Counted from the stretch's first letter, positions 49,625 to 63,494 are shown. The stretch is 64,000 bases of DNA from Malacoraja senta (GCA_038087875.1 CM075978.1:175336001-175400000); one strand, 5' to 3'. Translations and numbers: made by a program. The notes: generated by a model from the letters alone, not told the origin.

Positions 49625-52600
49625 TTGCTGGCCAAGCGAGGCCAGTGTTCAGTATGTTCACAATGCTCACAAAGAACAGACACTGTAACCTTCTTATTTC
49701 ATAAATTGGTTTATCTGGAAGCTTCTGTGTGCTCATGTCTGTGTGTTTATTTACATATCTTTAATCTTGGGTTCTACTCTCCAAGGAGTACACATGAAAC
49801 CTGTGCAATGTGTTCTCATCATTAAAGCAGCTGATCCCTGTAGTTATTCCTTGGATCTGAGATGTATCTTGTCCCAGGCTAGTGACCAGATGTGATCTGA
49901 ACACTGCACTGCACCCAGGTCCACAAATAACCAAAACATAACCCCCACCCACTCCAGTCCAAACATTTGTGTTCGGGGTCAGTATTCCACTGCTGCTTCC
50001 ATTAGTACTCTGCCCCTGTGCATCACTTTAACTGATTTGCACACTGAGGCACAATGTTATCAAGAAAACAGAGGACGCTGTAAGTACTCGGCGTGTCAGG
50101 TGGATTCTGTGGAGAGAGAAAATGCCATGGTGTCAAAGGAGGCCATGCAGCCCTTTGAGTTTGGCTGCCCCAGATAAAACATTTCCCATGCTTGTTCCTA
50201 AGCGTTCATGCATTCATTCTTTTTGCCCATCTATACTTTCTGCATTGGGACTGCATCCTTCTCTGCCTTGTCCATTTACATCTCTGTCTGAAAGCTTCCT
50301 AAATGATGCTGAGGGGTGACTTTAAACAGACATAAAATCATTAAGGGCATAGAGAAGATGGGAGGTCTGTCTTTTCTCCAGAGTAAGGGACTAAAACTAG
50401 AGGTTATAGGTTCAAAGTGAGAACAGAGAGATTGAATGGGGAACCTGAAGCGTGTTTATTCACACAGAGAGTGGTGGGTATGTGGAACGAGCTGCCAAAG
50501 AAGATGGTGGGTGGGTACAATTACAACACATTTGAACAGGCACGTGGATAGAAATGGTTAGAGGGAAATAGGCCAAACACAGCTAAATGGGACAAGGCAA
50601 CTTGTTTGGCATGGCAAAAACTGGTATTTTGCTTTGAACACAAAGTGCTGTACTAACTCAATGGGTCAGGCAGCATCTCTTGAGGACATGGATAGGTGAT
50701 ATTTCAGGTTGGGACTATTCTTCAGACAGCTGGCATGGATAGGTTGGATTGAAGGACATGCTTCCAAGTTGTATAACTCCAAGACTCTGTGAAACATCAA
50801 TTCATTTCAGACAAAGCACCTTCCTGTCATTGAACCAATACAAGCCACAGCTAGTTGGTACCATCCAGGAGAAAGCAACTTCTGGCCTGCGAACTGTGAG
50901 GTCAATACAAGTATGACTTTCCGCCTGTGACTGAGCTAACTCAACAAGACCCAAGGCTTGACCTCAGAAGCTCCTGTGAAGTTGGGGAAAGCAGCCATCC
51001 ACCAACCAACAGAATGGGAAAAAATGTTTTTTTTAAAGCAGCTTCCTCCACTCTGCAGAGCCCATGCATGATCCAACAAATAATGGGCAGACAGTAGAAC
51101 ATTTGTGAACATGGTTATTGAGTATGTTGTCCAGGATTTTGAAAGGGATTCACTTGCTTTGTTTTGAATCAGCATCTGCTATCCTCCACATTCCTGTGGA
51201 CGGGTAAGCAGGGCCTCGCCAAGGCCTATCCTCTCTGAGAAGGCTCACAAATACCAGCCCAGCTTATTCAAATCTCTGCAATGGCACCAACGTCCACAAC
51301 CTCCTGACTGAGGTGAGAGACCAGAGAAGATTTTGTTCTGCAAAGTTATAACAAACAGTCTGGTAGAATTAACTTGGTTAGAGTTAACTTTATTTGGATA
51401 ATGTCATGTTCAGCATTCATTCAATGTCCAAGAGCAGCACGCAGGATTCCTCATAACCCCACCCTGCACTTGGTGGAAGTCAATGTATATTTTCTTCTCT
51501 AAATCGTAACAGCTATGAGTTATTATTGTACACTTGTAACAAAGGAGATCATCAGCAGTTTACTGTAGAACTACAAAACTAAATGATGCACATACTCAAC
51601 TAAATTAACACTTAAAGCAAAGTGGCAGGCTGCCTGACAGTCCCTTGAATGGGGAGCAGTTCCGCTCCCTCAACCAACTCCAGCTCAAGCACCAGCACTA
51701 ACCGGGCTGTCTATTTTCCCTTTGGATTCGGAAATCTGGCATCTGGGGGTGGGTCAGGATACAGCTGCCCATATCCACATCATTGCACGAGTCTGTCTGT
51801 ATCTATGGGTCTCAGTGTCTCCGAGTTTCTACCCGAGTCTCTGTCTATATCTGTGGGTTCTTACTACAGTATATCTGTGGGTCTCTGTTCATGTCTATCT
51901 GAATTGGGAACTTCTAACTTGGGACCTGTAAACTCCTGGGTTCCGTGAATAGCCATCGGGGAAATAGGTGGGGGAGAGAGGTAGACGATACAGGAAGAAG
52001 ACATATATGAATTATGCAGAGGGCACTGAGAAAGGGAGATATAGCAGGACCACTGTGGAACATATGAAAAGGTAAGAGCAGAATTGTAGGAAGAAGTGGG
52101 GGAGATGATCGATACAATAGGAATAAAGAAGAAGCAAGGGATAAAGGATGAAATACACAAGAGAGTACAGGGGAGCGGATATATAGATCTGGGGGGAAAT
52201 ATTGTGGGAAGATGAAGGTAGAGACGAAGGGATGCTAAATGGGATCCGTCAGAATGAGAAGACATGTAACAGACTGTCATCTGGAGGCATTGCCCTCTCA
52301 GGAGAATGCAGGTACTTTAGTCTGGAGAGGGACTCAGGTGATTGTTCCACCCAGTGTTCAGCACCAAGCTGTTTATCCTGGCCATCAACTGGAGCTTCTC
52401 ACCCATTCTTCTCTACAACAACTGAGGCAGTACAGTCAGTGCTGAATGCAACCAGGCAAGTTCCGAGCCACCTCCATGGTCAGACCCGCTTAGGACAGAC
52501 AGAAGTGTCTGCAAAGGGTGAGGCCACGGATAGGCTCAGGCCAAAGGGAGCAGATCGCCAGCTCTCTCAATACAACCGTTTGGCTTTATTGAGTTCCTCC

Positions 52601-52813
52601 CATTGGCATAGGGTCTGTCAGACACACTCAGCTCAAATACACCGATTCTCTTTAATAAATAACGTGCGTAAAATAGTCAACAAATATTCCAGGAAATAAT
52701 GCAAAATAAACCAAGGTCTTGTATGGGAGCTGCCATTTTAGTAAGAGAGGGGTGCCTGTTTGTCTGGTCTGAAGCAGCAGCGCCTCTCCCTCAGCTTCCC
52801 TGCGAGGCCCCAG

Positions 52814-52842
52814 TTATTTTCCATCCAAAGTACACCAGGCAG
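52814..52842 (-). CDS. NECAB2: NECAB2 terminal coding exon (AAWCTLDGK*)
   Basis: Minus-strand tttcttcaag|CT GCC TGG TGT...TAA; matches the NECAB2 C-terminal AAWCT. Minus-strand AATAAA at 52585-52590. Confidence 0.85.
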
Positions 52843-53400
52843 CTTGAAGAAAGGAAAGAAACAAAGCATTCAGCCAAGCATGAGACCTTTCCACCCAGTC
52901 TCATCCCACTCTCAGTCACATCCACGCTGTACCCGTGGTCTCATCCCGCTCTGCTTCCTCCCTTTGCCCCACCCAGTCTAATCCCACCCTTCTTCCCCTC
53001 TCTACCTCACCAGTCTAATCCCATTCTGCATCCCCTCCTTGTCCTACACAGCCTAATATCACTGCCAGTCTCACCCCACTCTCCATCCTCTTTGTACCCA
53101 AACTGTCAATTCTCACACCAGTAGCGTACAATTTTTCTATTACATTTAATTTACTTTTTTGCCCTTGAGAAGTGGGTTTGCGGGGTAGTGAGCTGCCTTC
53201 TTGAACCGCTGCAGTCTTTCTGGAGAAGGTCCTCTTGCAGAGAGCTGTTAAGATGGGTGTCCCAGGATTTAGATCCAGACATAATTATGGACTAGCAATA
53301 TATTATTAAGGATGGTGCATTGCTTGGAACCTGTAGGTGGTGGCGCTCTCATGTGCCCACTACCCAGCACGGCTATGAGGCCACTGGAATGAACCCTTAC

Positions 53401-53492
53401 CTGGTATAAACAACGTAGAGACAGTCTCAGGCTGGGTCAGTGAGTCCACTTTGACGTGTTGGAATGCTCTGGATTTTTCACTTTGAAGGTGT
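53401..53492 (-). CDS. NECAB2: NECAB2 exon (HLQSEKSRAFQHVKVDSLTQPETVSTLFIP)
   Basis: ctccag|A to G|gtaagg, 92 nt; end of the ABM (antibiotic biosynthesis monooxygenase-like) domain. Confidence 0.92.
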
Positions 53493-54771
53493 CTGGAGGA
53501 GATGATAAACGGAGAATGGATATGTGTGAGAACCACTCAATAACTGCAGGCTTTCAAGTGACTGAGTGACTATTCAATACTTTTATTCCAATGGAATAAT
53601 CAAAAGATGGGAACTGTTGGCACTGAAATCCTGAATGTTGGGAATGGTGAGTGCAGGGACACTCAGCAGGATATAAAATTTGTCACAGGAAGTGCTGTGT
53701 TAACAGAGTTTTGGACCTCTTGGAGAGGTGGTGGGAGGGAGGGAGGGAGGGGTGAGGGGGAGATGAAAATTTTAAAAAGCTGTAGATGCTATAAATCTGA
53801 AATAAAAACGGAAAATACTGGAAATACTCAGCAGGTCAGGTAGCATCTGCAGCAAGAGAAACAGTTATCATTTCAGGTCAAAAGCCCCTGTTCAGCCCTT
53901 CCTCACTCCTCAGATGCTGGCTGATAGGAAGGTGCAGAAGTTCAGGGTGCAGGTTTAACAATGAAGCTGTGGAGAGAACCCAGCAGGGGGTGGGAGGCGG
54001 TGTGTGGTGTGCTCTGATTGGTCCTGTTTTCCTACGTCAAGGATGGATCATTGTGCATGAGTGATGAAGAGCACAGCTTCCTGTGGCTGGGGTGGGTGAT
54101 GAATGTATTGACTGCAGCTGGGTTGAGAAAAGCCTGTTACACCAAAGTAAAACCGACAAATACTGTAAGAGTAGCATCCAGAAGAATGCGAAGCTTATGC
54201 ATCTGCACTGATTCTACGCAGTGAGGGTTCAGTCTAGAACAAACACTTTCTGTGGGAATTGGGGATGAGATGGAAAAGTGAGAGGTGGAGTTTTAAAATA
54301 AAAATGAATAAAGAAGGTGACAAGATAGAACTGCATAAAAGACTGGCAGCAAACAAAAGAAGTCTGAGGATCTGTGAACAGGGTAAGGATTACTGGAAGA
54401 AAGGTGGGAGAACTGGCAAATGGAGTTTAATTTGAGCATGGGTAAAGTTTTGTACTTTGTGACATCAAATGCATGGAGAAAGTTGCTGAAAATACTTTTA
54501 TTTGTATTGATGTACTGAGGGATCCAAGTCCCTAGCTCCCTACTTGGCCTACTTGCTGGGTGAATAGTCGAGGGTGATACAATTGTAGTGGCCAGTAGGC
54601 AGTTAGATTAGTAATTGACAGGTGGGGGAAACAGGACCAGTATGATTGCACTTGCATGGAGCTGAAGCAGACCCGTGGGTGAAATTACCAGGCAGGAACA
54701 ATGCTGTTGGTGTGCCAGCAAGGCCCAGAGTAGCTGAGGATTCCCATGCGTAGGTCTGTTGTGTCACTTAC

Positions 54772-54849
54772 TTCTTCCACTGTTCCTCAGTCTCCCAAAA
54801 CTCATAGACGACAAAGGACAGTTCATCCGGTAACCTCACAGCTGTAACA
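54772..54849 (-). CDS. NECAB2: NECAB2 exon ([25 protein letters not shown])
   Basis: ctgcag|T to AA|gtaagt, 78 nt; YEFWE ABM-domain motif. Confidence 0.93.
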
Positions 54850-54984
54850 CTGCAGACAGGAAACAAAAAGAGAAACATTCCCTATCCATCCACAACACAT
54901 CACCAAAATCTCAGCAGATAAACAGAAATGGAAAATAATCAGGAGAGGCAAAATAATGGAGAGGTCATTCCAGATAACCTATAA

Positions 54985-55692
54985 TTATGAATGGTCAGCT
55001 GTGGGAATGGACAGTGGTGGGAATGATCAGTGGTGGGAAAGGTCAGTGTTTTTAATAGTTGGGAGTTGGGAGGAATGGGTAGTGCTGGGAATGGTCAGTG
55101 TTGGGAATGGTCAGCAGTGGGAAAGGTCAATATTGGGAATAGTCAGAGCTTGGATTGGTCAGTTATAGGAATAGTCAGTGTTGGGAATGGACGATGTTAG
55201 GAAGGGATAGGAGAGTGAAGGGTCAGCAGTGGGAAATGTAAATGTTGGGAATGGTTATAGGTAGGAATGATCAGTGCTGGGATTGTCACTATTGGGCATG
55301 GTCAATGTTGTGAATACTCAGCACACTGAAAGATTAGGGTTGAGAAAGGTCAGTGGTGGGAATGGTCAGCAGTGGGAATGATCAGCATTGGGAAGGTCAG
55401 GGCTGGGAATGGTCAGTGATGGGAATTATCAGTATTGGGAAGGTCAGGGCTGGGAATGACCAGTGGTGGGAGTGGCCACCGTGAGGAAAGGTCAGTGTTG
55501 GAATGGTTAGTCGGGAATTGGGCTTGGAAATATGTGTTGTGAATGGTCAGTGTTAGGAATGAACAGTGGTGGCAATGGATTGTGTTTGAAATAGTCAGCG
55601 TTGTGAATGGTCACTGTTGGGAATGATCAATGTTGGAGATGGTTAATGTGGGGAAAGATCTGAGGTGGGAATGATCAGTATTGGGAATGATA
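54985..55692. repeat. Degenerate minisatellite of about 18 bp (TGGGAATGGTCAGTG..) in a NECAB2 intron
   Basis: Many recurring gggaatggtcag units. Confidence 0.8.
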
Positions 55693-55967
55693 AATATTTG
55701 GGTAGTGACCTTTACCTCACCTTTGCATTGTCTTTTCTGATATCATTACCCAATCCCGCCCATGCTAAAACTGCCAAACTGCTGACACCATTCCCCATGC
55801 AATCCCAGAAAACACTAGATGTGCAACTTTACTTTAAGGTTACCTCACGTCGAACCTGCTCTACCTCATCAGATCCAGCTACTGCCCTATCTCTGTCAGT
55901 TATGGCTCTTCCTTCTGGGGAGCAAGCATTGGTTCAAGCAAGGTGACCCCTGACTGGCTGGACTCAC

Positions 55968-56080
55968 TGGAAGCAGTCTCGCTGTGCTGACACATCCTTC
56001 AGATATTGCTTCAGAGAGCAGCCAAACTCTGTCAGCTGCTTCTGCCCGACCGTCATGTGTTGGCGGACAAGAAGGAGATG
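55968..56080 (-). CDS. NECAB2: NECAB2 exon (HLLLVRQHMTVGQKQLTEFGCSLKQYLKDVSAQRDCF)
   Basis: ctctctag|CAT to CA|gtgagt, 113 nt. Confidence 0.92.
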
Positions 56081-57083
56081 CTAGAGAGAGAGCAGAAAAA
56101 CAGACCGACATCAACAGGACTGGAAAACTGTGAATGTGGGAAGGGGAGGAAAGTTGGAGTCAGAGGTTATTGCACAGTAGGATGATTCTTCAATCACTAG
56201 CCATTTCTCCCCCACTGATTTTTGACCGCAACCATCACCAGAGTGCAGTGCCCAAGATCAGGATCGAATCCAGGTCTCCGGAGCCGTGTGTCAGAGGCTC
56301 CACCAGCTTCACCACTATATTGCCCTCACACATGGCAGCCTGGGAACAGGCAAGCTCCTTCCTATTCCAAATAGCCCAGAGCTGCACTAGGCAGGATGTT
56401 CAGTGCAAGATCTTTCATCCTAAGAGGAAGAACATGATATTATGTTACAACTGTACACAATGTTAGTGGGGCCACATGGAGTAGTGTGTGCGTAATCTGA
56501 TCGCCACATTACAGAAGGACATGATTCAGCTAGAGAGAGTGCAGAAAAGATTCGCAAGGAAGTTGTCCAGACTGTTTACCCTGGAGTGAAGGAGAAAGAG
56601 TCAGAGATTACCCATGTGGTGGTGAGGACAGGATGGAAATGGGCAGCAAACTAATAAAACTTTTCTGCATAGCTGTAGAAAGCGATGGTAATGCAGTCAT
56701 CAATGTACCGGAGAACAAGTTGAGGAGACGGACCCGGGTGGGACTGGAAGAAAGACTACTCCACAAAAGGACAGCTGTAGCGTGGGCCCACATGGGTGCC
56801 CTGAGGTATAGTTTTGACCTGGAGGAGTGGGTGGGTGCTTGGAGTTGGAGAACTTGTCCAGTGTGAGAATATGTTCAGTCAGGCGAATGAGTATGTGGTG
56901 GATGGGTAATGGCTGGGCCTCGTTCAGGCAATTGGAATGTGTTGGGATCAACTGCCCAGTATGAGGTAGAGATAGGCTCCTACTGGAGCTCAGTGAATGA
57001 AGTAGTTTTGAACATAGTTACTGTCTGGACTACCCAGGACAGCGCAGTCACTATGGGGACTGATGGAGGGATGGTTCACTCAC

Positions 57084-57140
57084 CGAGCATGTCAGGCTCT
57101 CTTTATCCATCACCTTCTGCTGCAGGTCAAGCCAGACGGT
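57084..57140 (-). CDS. NECAB2: NECAB2 exon (TVWLDLQQKVMDKESLTCS)
   Basis: ttttcag|ACC to TCG|gtgagt, 57 nt, phase 0-0; WxDLQQ motif of NECAB2. Confidence 0.9.
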
Positions 57141-60100
57141 CTGAAAACAGAGACAGAGGGAGGGGTGAGGCCTGGTGAGGCCTGGTCAGGCTGGGGCACT
57201 CCCTACACCATCCCTCCATTCCCATGAGTAACATAGTGCAGTGAGGGAGAGCAGAATATGCTGGGACACTTCCTACACTACAGCTCTACCCCAGGGTTGG
57301 AAAACATATGACCCTACCTCTCCACTCCCAGAGGAAACACAGTAACGCAGTGAGGGAGGGCAGGGCAGGTTGGGACTATTCTACCCTTCCACCACCATAT
57401 TGTAGAGTGCAGTGAGTGGTAGGACATGCTGGGACGCTTCCTACACTACCCAGGGGTAACACGGGGCAGTGATGCGGGTTGGACAGGCTCGGACACTTCC
57501 TATTCTACTCATTCACGGCCAAGGGAGTAGATGGATGTGAGGGAGCTGGGACACTCTCTGTGCCACCTTCTACCCACCCCCACCCCACACACCACACACC
57601 CCTCCTCACCCTTTTATGCAAAGACCTGGTCCATCTTAACTCACCCAGGAGAATAGTTTCCCTGGTGGTGCAGGTCCAGGGCCCAGAGGTGACACTGAGC
57701 TTGGGATCTCACTGGTAACCCGGTGGGTACTGATGTTTGGAGCTGGCTCTGCTCTCAGTGTATGTGGGGCATCGGTCACCACTGTGCCCAAAGTTCTTTT
57801 ACCAAACACAACCACTTTCCAAACCCCCCCACCCCCCGTGGTACAGTGGGAGCTTCCTGTACTTACAGGGCACAGACAGTTTACCAGGATGCTGCCTGGA
57901 TTAGAAGGTATTATATAGGAGTTAGATAAACCAGGATTGTTTTCTCTGGAATGTCCGAGGTTAAAGGAGACTTGATAGAAGTATATAACATTATGAGAGG
58001 CATGGATAAGGAAGACAGTCAGAATGTTTCTTCCCAGGGTGGAAATATCAAAGACTAGAGGTCATTGCTTTAAAGTGAGAGGGAGAAAGTTTAAAGATGT
58101 ACAAGCAAATATTTTACACAGAGGGTGGTGGGTGTCTGGAACATATTGCCAGGGCTGGGGGTGGAAGGAGAGACCATCATGGTATTTAAAAGGCTTCTAG
58201 TTAGGTATATGGATATGCATTTAATATAGATCACGTGCAAGCAGAGATTAGTTTAACACATAATTGGCACAGACATGGTGGACCGAGGTGCCTGTGCTTG
58301 TGCTGTACTGTTCTATGTTGTATTGTCTATAACATGGTGGTCCAAAGAGCTTGCCTCAGTGCTGCTCAACTTTTTGACTCTTTCAATTGTCTTCCGTGAA
58401 GGGGACACGGTAAATAATGAAACAGTGCCCTCTGAACGATGCCAGCAGCTGTCTAACCTTGGCAGTCTGGCCTGAGAGGGCACCTCCCTCCTCACCATCA
58501 GTAAATAATAATTAACAATTGCAGGCACCAGAAAGCTGAGATAAAAATGGTAAATACTGAAAGCATTTATGGTAGTAGCGCAGGCAGAGTCTGTGGAGAG
58601 AGAAACAGTTAATGTTTGAGTTCCGATTAATGGTCCCAGACCTGAAACAATAACTTTGTTTCTCTCTCTGCACAGATGCTGCCTGTCCAAATGGGTGTTT
58701 CCAGCATTTACTGTTTTTGATTCTTGGACCATTGATGCTGCTTCTTGGGATCTTCCTTATTGAGGATTTAACAACAATACTTGGATCTCTCTGATTGTGA
58801 GAACAATAATGCACATGTGAGATGCTGGTGTGAAAACGTTGCCTTACCTCCCCAGTGCATCCTTCTTTAAACATTAGAATACATGGGGTACACTTGTTCA
58901 CATGAAAGGGTTCCAGGTACAATCCCTGAACTGTGTCCTCATCCACCTAGATGTTGGGCCAAAAAGGAGTGCACTCTTCATTGAAGGACAAGCAATGTGC
59001 ACCAGTGGGGGGGGGGGGGGCAATGCCATTTCAGCAGCCTTAGACGTAGAGAACACATTCATTGGCTATGGTGCAGCTGGTAGAGCCGCTACCTCACAGC
59101 TCCAAATCCAGGTTTAATACTGATCACAGGCACTATCTGTGCATGAACTTTCCTTCGTCCAACATCCCAAAGGTACGCAGATGGATTGCTAAATTGCCCT
59201 TAGTGTGTTGGTGAGGGATAGAATCTGAAGAGAGTTAATGGGAGAATAAAATGGAGTTCATCTAGGATTAGTGTAAATGGGTGGTTGCTCGTTGGACTAA
59301 AAGTCAAGTTCCCATGCAGAGTCACTGGGTGATACTTCCCTGGGTTGAAAAGCTAACCGGAGCTCACACTCCATGTTCTCGTCTTGTGTGTTCCCATTCT
59401 AAAGGAATGGAATCATTGGCTGACATGAACATTGGATTTCTTACTGGGAAGGTTTAATGACAACTCAAGTCTTGCTCCAGACCCTGTGAATGAACTATTT
59501 TTAAACTAAGTAAATGAGAAATAGTTTTCAAAGATTTGCCCAGACAAACAATGCATTTTGTATTTTGCATTGGATATAATTTGGTACTTTAGAAAATATT
59601 TTTTTTTGTTTCTTCCATATATTACACTATTGGAACATTAAGGAAGGGAGGGGTGAATTTCCGGAAATGTAGGGAGCGACAGCTTGGATGGTGAGCAGGG
59701 AGGTAGCAATTGGGGAGACAGTTATGGTGGGAAATGGCCAGGGTTCATTCACGAAGGGTGTGCTGGAGAATGTTGCGGTGAGGATGTCAGTAGTGAGGGA
59801 GGGAAAGAAGTGCAAACTAGAGAGGGCCAATCAAAGAAAGCTTCTGCCTGGAAGATGTTGCCAACAACACAGGAAATTGGGTGAGGCCTGGCCTCCAGTA
59901 CCAAATGCCACAGCCTAACCCTAACACTTTGCTTATGCATCCAGGGGTAGATATGGACAGATAGAGTTATACTGAAGGCTATGAAGACATCGGCCAAATC
60001 AAGGCGGTGATGATCTTAGGTGTGAGATTAACAGCTAAGAGAAGCACTTGACCTTCTGCTCACAAAATGATTCCCTCAACCTTTGGATAAAGCCAGTGTT

Positions 60101-61059
60101 AGCCTCATAAGCCCAGAGGAATCCCACTTCAGTGTAACATGGAACTCCTGCACAAGTTAGAATTTTATCAGAAATAAATTATGTGCCACTCAGAACAACT
60201 ATTATAAATGATAGTATTCCAAGCCCAAGTACTCTCCTTCAAACTCTTTGGCCACTGCAGGGATGCTTTTGAGCCTTTTTTCCAGATATTAATTTAACGT
60301 GACAACTTATTGCCGTTCATGCGTGTAATATTCTTCAGATCGGCTTCAATTTGTCCCCAGGGATTTCCTTAAACACTGCTGTCAAATAAATCACCTGGGC
60401 TTGTTTTGGTTGATAGCCTCGCAGCAGATCCATTGTGAGAATAAGATACAGTATTTTCCCTAGTGTGCTCATTCCTCTCTCCTAAACATGAGCAGCATTT
60501 TATTGATCTTAGATTTATCACATGCATGTTATATATGCATTAAAAACAAAAGGTTAGGTAGGGAGAAAGTAGGACCTCTCAAGGACAAAGGAGGGAATTT
60601 ATGCCTGGCGTCAGAGGAAGTGGCTGAGGTACTAAATTAGTACTTTACATTGGTATTCATCGAGGACAAGGACGTAGAGGATGGTGAGATCAGTGAAGGA
60701 TATGCTAATAAACTAGGGCAAATTAAGATCAAGAGCTGTTGGGATTATTGAAGAACATAAAAACGGGTCTGAAGAAGGGTTTTTACCCAAAACATCACCC
60801 ATTCCTTCTCTCCAGAGATGCTGCCTGTCCTGCTGAGTTACTCCAGCATTTTGTGTCTACCTTTGATTTAAACCAGCATCTGCTGATCTTTCCTACACAA
60901 AATGGGTAATTCCCTAGGTCTTGATGGGATCTATCCCAGTTATTGACAGTCAAGAGAGGAGTCTGCTTGGGCCCCAATGGAGATCTTTGTATCCTCTCTG
61001 GTCACAGGTGAGATCCCATAGATCTGAACCAGAGTAGCCAGATTTGTTTAAGAGCAAAA

Positions 61060-61375
61060 GGGGAGTACAATGGTGCAGGGGTAGAGTTGCTGTCTTACAG
61101 CACCAGTGACCAGGGTTCGATTCTGACTACGGGTGGTGTCTGTACGGAGTTTGTACGTTCTCCCCGTGACCCCGTGGGATTTCGCTGGATGCCCCGGTTT
61201 CCTCCCGCACTGCAAAGATGTGCAGGTTTGTAGCTTAATTGGCTTCGATAAAAAAAATGTAAATTGTCCCTAGTATGTAGGATAGTGCTGGTGTACTGTG
61301 GGGTCATTGGTCAGCACGATCTTGATGAGCCGAAGGACCTGTTTCAGTGCTGTATCTCTAATCTAAACTAAACTA
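61060..61375 (+). mobile_element. V-SINE (HE1-like)
   Basis: Same head and V-domain, with a (ctaaa)n tail. Confidence 0.75.
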
Positions 61376-61429
61376 GTAGTGATAATCCAAGAAATGATAT
61401 GAGAGCTGTTTTTTACATCAGTGGTTGGG

Positions 61430-62805
61430 CACCTATTGGAGAGGTCTCTTACGATATAGACCAAAGAAGAATGCAACATAGGATCAGGCCCTTCGGCCCT
61501 TAATATCCATGCCAATTATATTGACAAATGAAACTAATACTTCTGATGACTATATATTTGCAAGGATTGGATTTACTTGGATTTCCAAAAGGGGGGGGGG
61601 GGGGTTATTAAGGGATAGACATCTTGTCATCATCATGATCAAGTTTTTTGAGGAGGTGATGAACATGGTTAATGTGAATAAATCAGTGGATGTTTTCTAC
61701 GTGGACATTAGTAAGGCATTTATCGAGGTCTATAATGGAAGGCTGATTCAGAAGGTTAAAATTCTTGGAATCCATGGGGACTTGATAGACTGGATTAAAA
61801 TTTGGCTTGGATATCGAAGAAAGGGTGGTGGAGGAGTGTTACTGTGCAGGGATGTTATTGTGACTGGAGCTGCATGGCCAGTGGTGTTCTGTGGGGATCA
61901 GTACTGGGGCCTTTATTGCTTGTCATACATATAAATTATTTGTGCAAAAATGTAGATGAGCTGATTAGTAATTTTACAGATAACAATTGGTGAAGTTGTG
62001 AATAGTAAAGAAGATTGTGAAAGGAGACAGCATGATATAGATCAGTTGAAGATATGGGCAGAGAAATAGCAGATGGATATCCTTGCAAATTTGAGGTGTT
62101 GCATTTTGGAAGATCAAATGTAAGGGGAAAGTATACAGTGAATGGCAGGACTCTTAGATGCATTGATGCACAGAGGAATTTTAGGGTCTCCGTCCATATA
62201 CTGATGAAAGTGAGAACACGTGGATAGATTGGTAAAGAAGGAATATGGCATGCTTGCCTTCATCGGACGGGGCATTGATTATAAGATTCAGGAAGTTACT
62301 TTGCCGCTATATAAAACTTTGGTTAGGCAACATTTGGAGTATTGTGTACCATTCTAAAGGATGCTGCAAGGTTTAGCGTGTAATAGGTGTAAGCAGAGGT
62401 TGGACAAACAGATTGCGTTTGATGGAGTTTCATAGGATGAGTGGGGACCTGATAGAAATGTATAAAATTATGAGAGGCATGGATAAGGTAGATAGTGTCT
62501 CTTTTTCTCAAGATGGAAATGTCAAATACCAGAGGGTATAGCTGTAAGATGAGAGGGGAATGTTTAAATGAGATATGTGTAGCAAGTCTTTACACAGAGT
62601 GGTGGGTGTCTGGAACGTGCTAACAGGGTGGTGAAAGCAGATAAAATAATTATGTTTAAGAGGCTTTATACAGACATGTAAACTGGCCGGGAGTGGAGCC
62701 ATATGAACCATGTGGAGGCAGGTAGGGTTACTTTAATCTGGCATTGTGGTCAGCACATATATCATGGGACAAAGAGCCTGTTCCGTTGCTGTACTATTCT
62801 TTGTT
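61430..62805 (+). mobile_element. CR1-type LINE 3' fragment
   Basis: VDVFYVDISKAF, GSVLGPLL, FTD remnants and a CR1 tail. Confidence 0.8.
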
Positions 62806-63092
62806 CAGGAGCTATCCCATAACTGTGCTGTGTAAGTAAGACCAGATTATTCTGCGAATCCCTGAGGACAGGTACTCCCTACACTTCCACTCTCAGGCCA
62901 ACGTGAAACATTGTCTCTGGTTTCTCTGCAATGGTCCGCAGGCATTGTGGGCTGGGGAATGCAGTTACATGTTTAACACAAACACTAATTGAAACTGGAT
63001 CACTGGGGTGACAACTGGACTTGGAAATGGCCATGAAGAAACGTTGATCTTCAGTTACATAACTAAAAAAGCAGTCAGTACTAGGCATTCCT

Positions 63093-63494
63093 TGGGCAGT
63101 GGGTAGGTGCTATAGACCTGCACGGGAAGGTAGACGCTCCCGCCTCCACGAGTCTCGGGCAGATGGGGCTCGTCAGCCTGGGAAGGCTGTCCATCTAGGA
63201 GAGGGAAAACTCTGATTTAAAACCTCCACTGCCTTGTGGCCATATCCAGTCATGGAAAAGGCTCCAGGTGTAAACTTCAAGAAAATTGGGTCAGAGCCCC
63301 TAAGGCAGTACGTCGTTGTCTACAACCTCGCTCTGGCAGCTGCTGTAACGGCCCTGCTGTTCCTTTGGATCGATCAGCGACGTGGAGAGGGGGGACGTGC
63401 TGCATGGGCAACAGCCTGTCCTCCATATGGCATCGCCCAGGCTTGTATCCGACCAGGATGCATCACCCATGGTCAGTCATGACCGAGGGGGGCC
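63093..63494 (+). mobile_element. Non-autonomous RTE-derived short retroelement with 14-bp TSD
   Basis: TSD tactaggcattcct at 63079-63092 and 63495-63508. Contains RTE-type 5'UTR sequence (ctaggagagggaaaactctgatttaaaacctcc) joined to an RTE-like 3' end. Confidence 0.75.

Noticed and set aside
60053-60147. Minus-strand exon-like segment (GVPCYTEVGFLWAYEAN...)
   Set aside because: Weak donor (gtcaag), phase incompatible with the flanking NECAB2 exons, and no recognisable homology.
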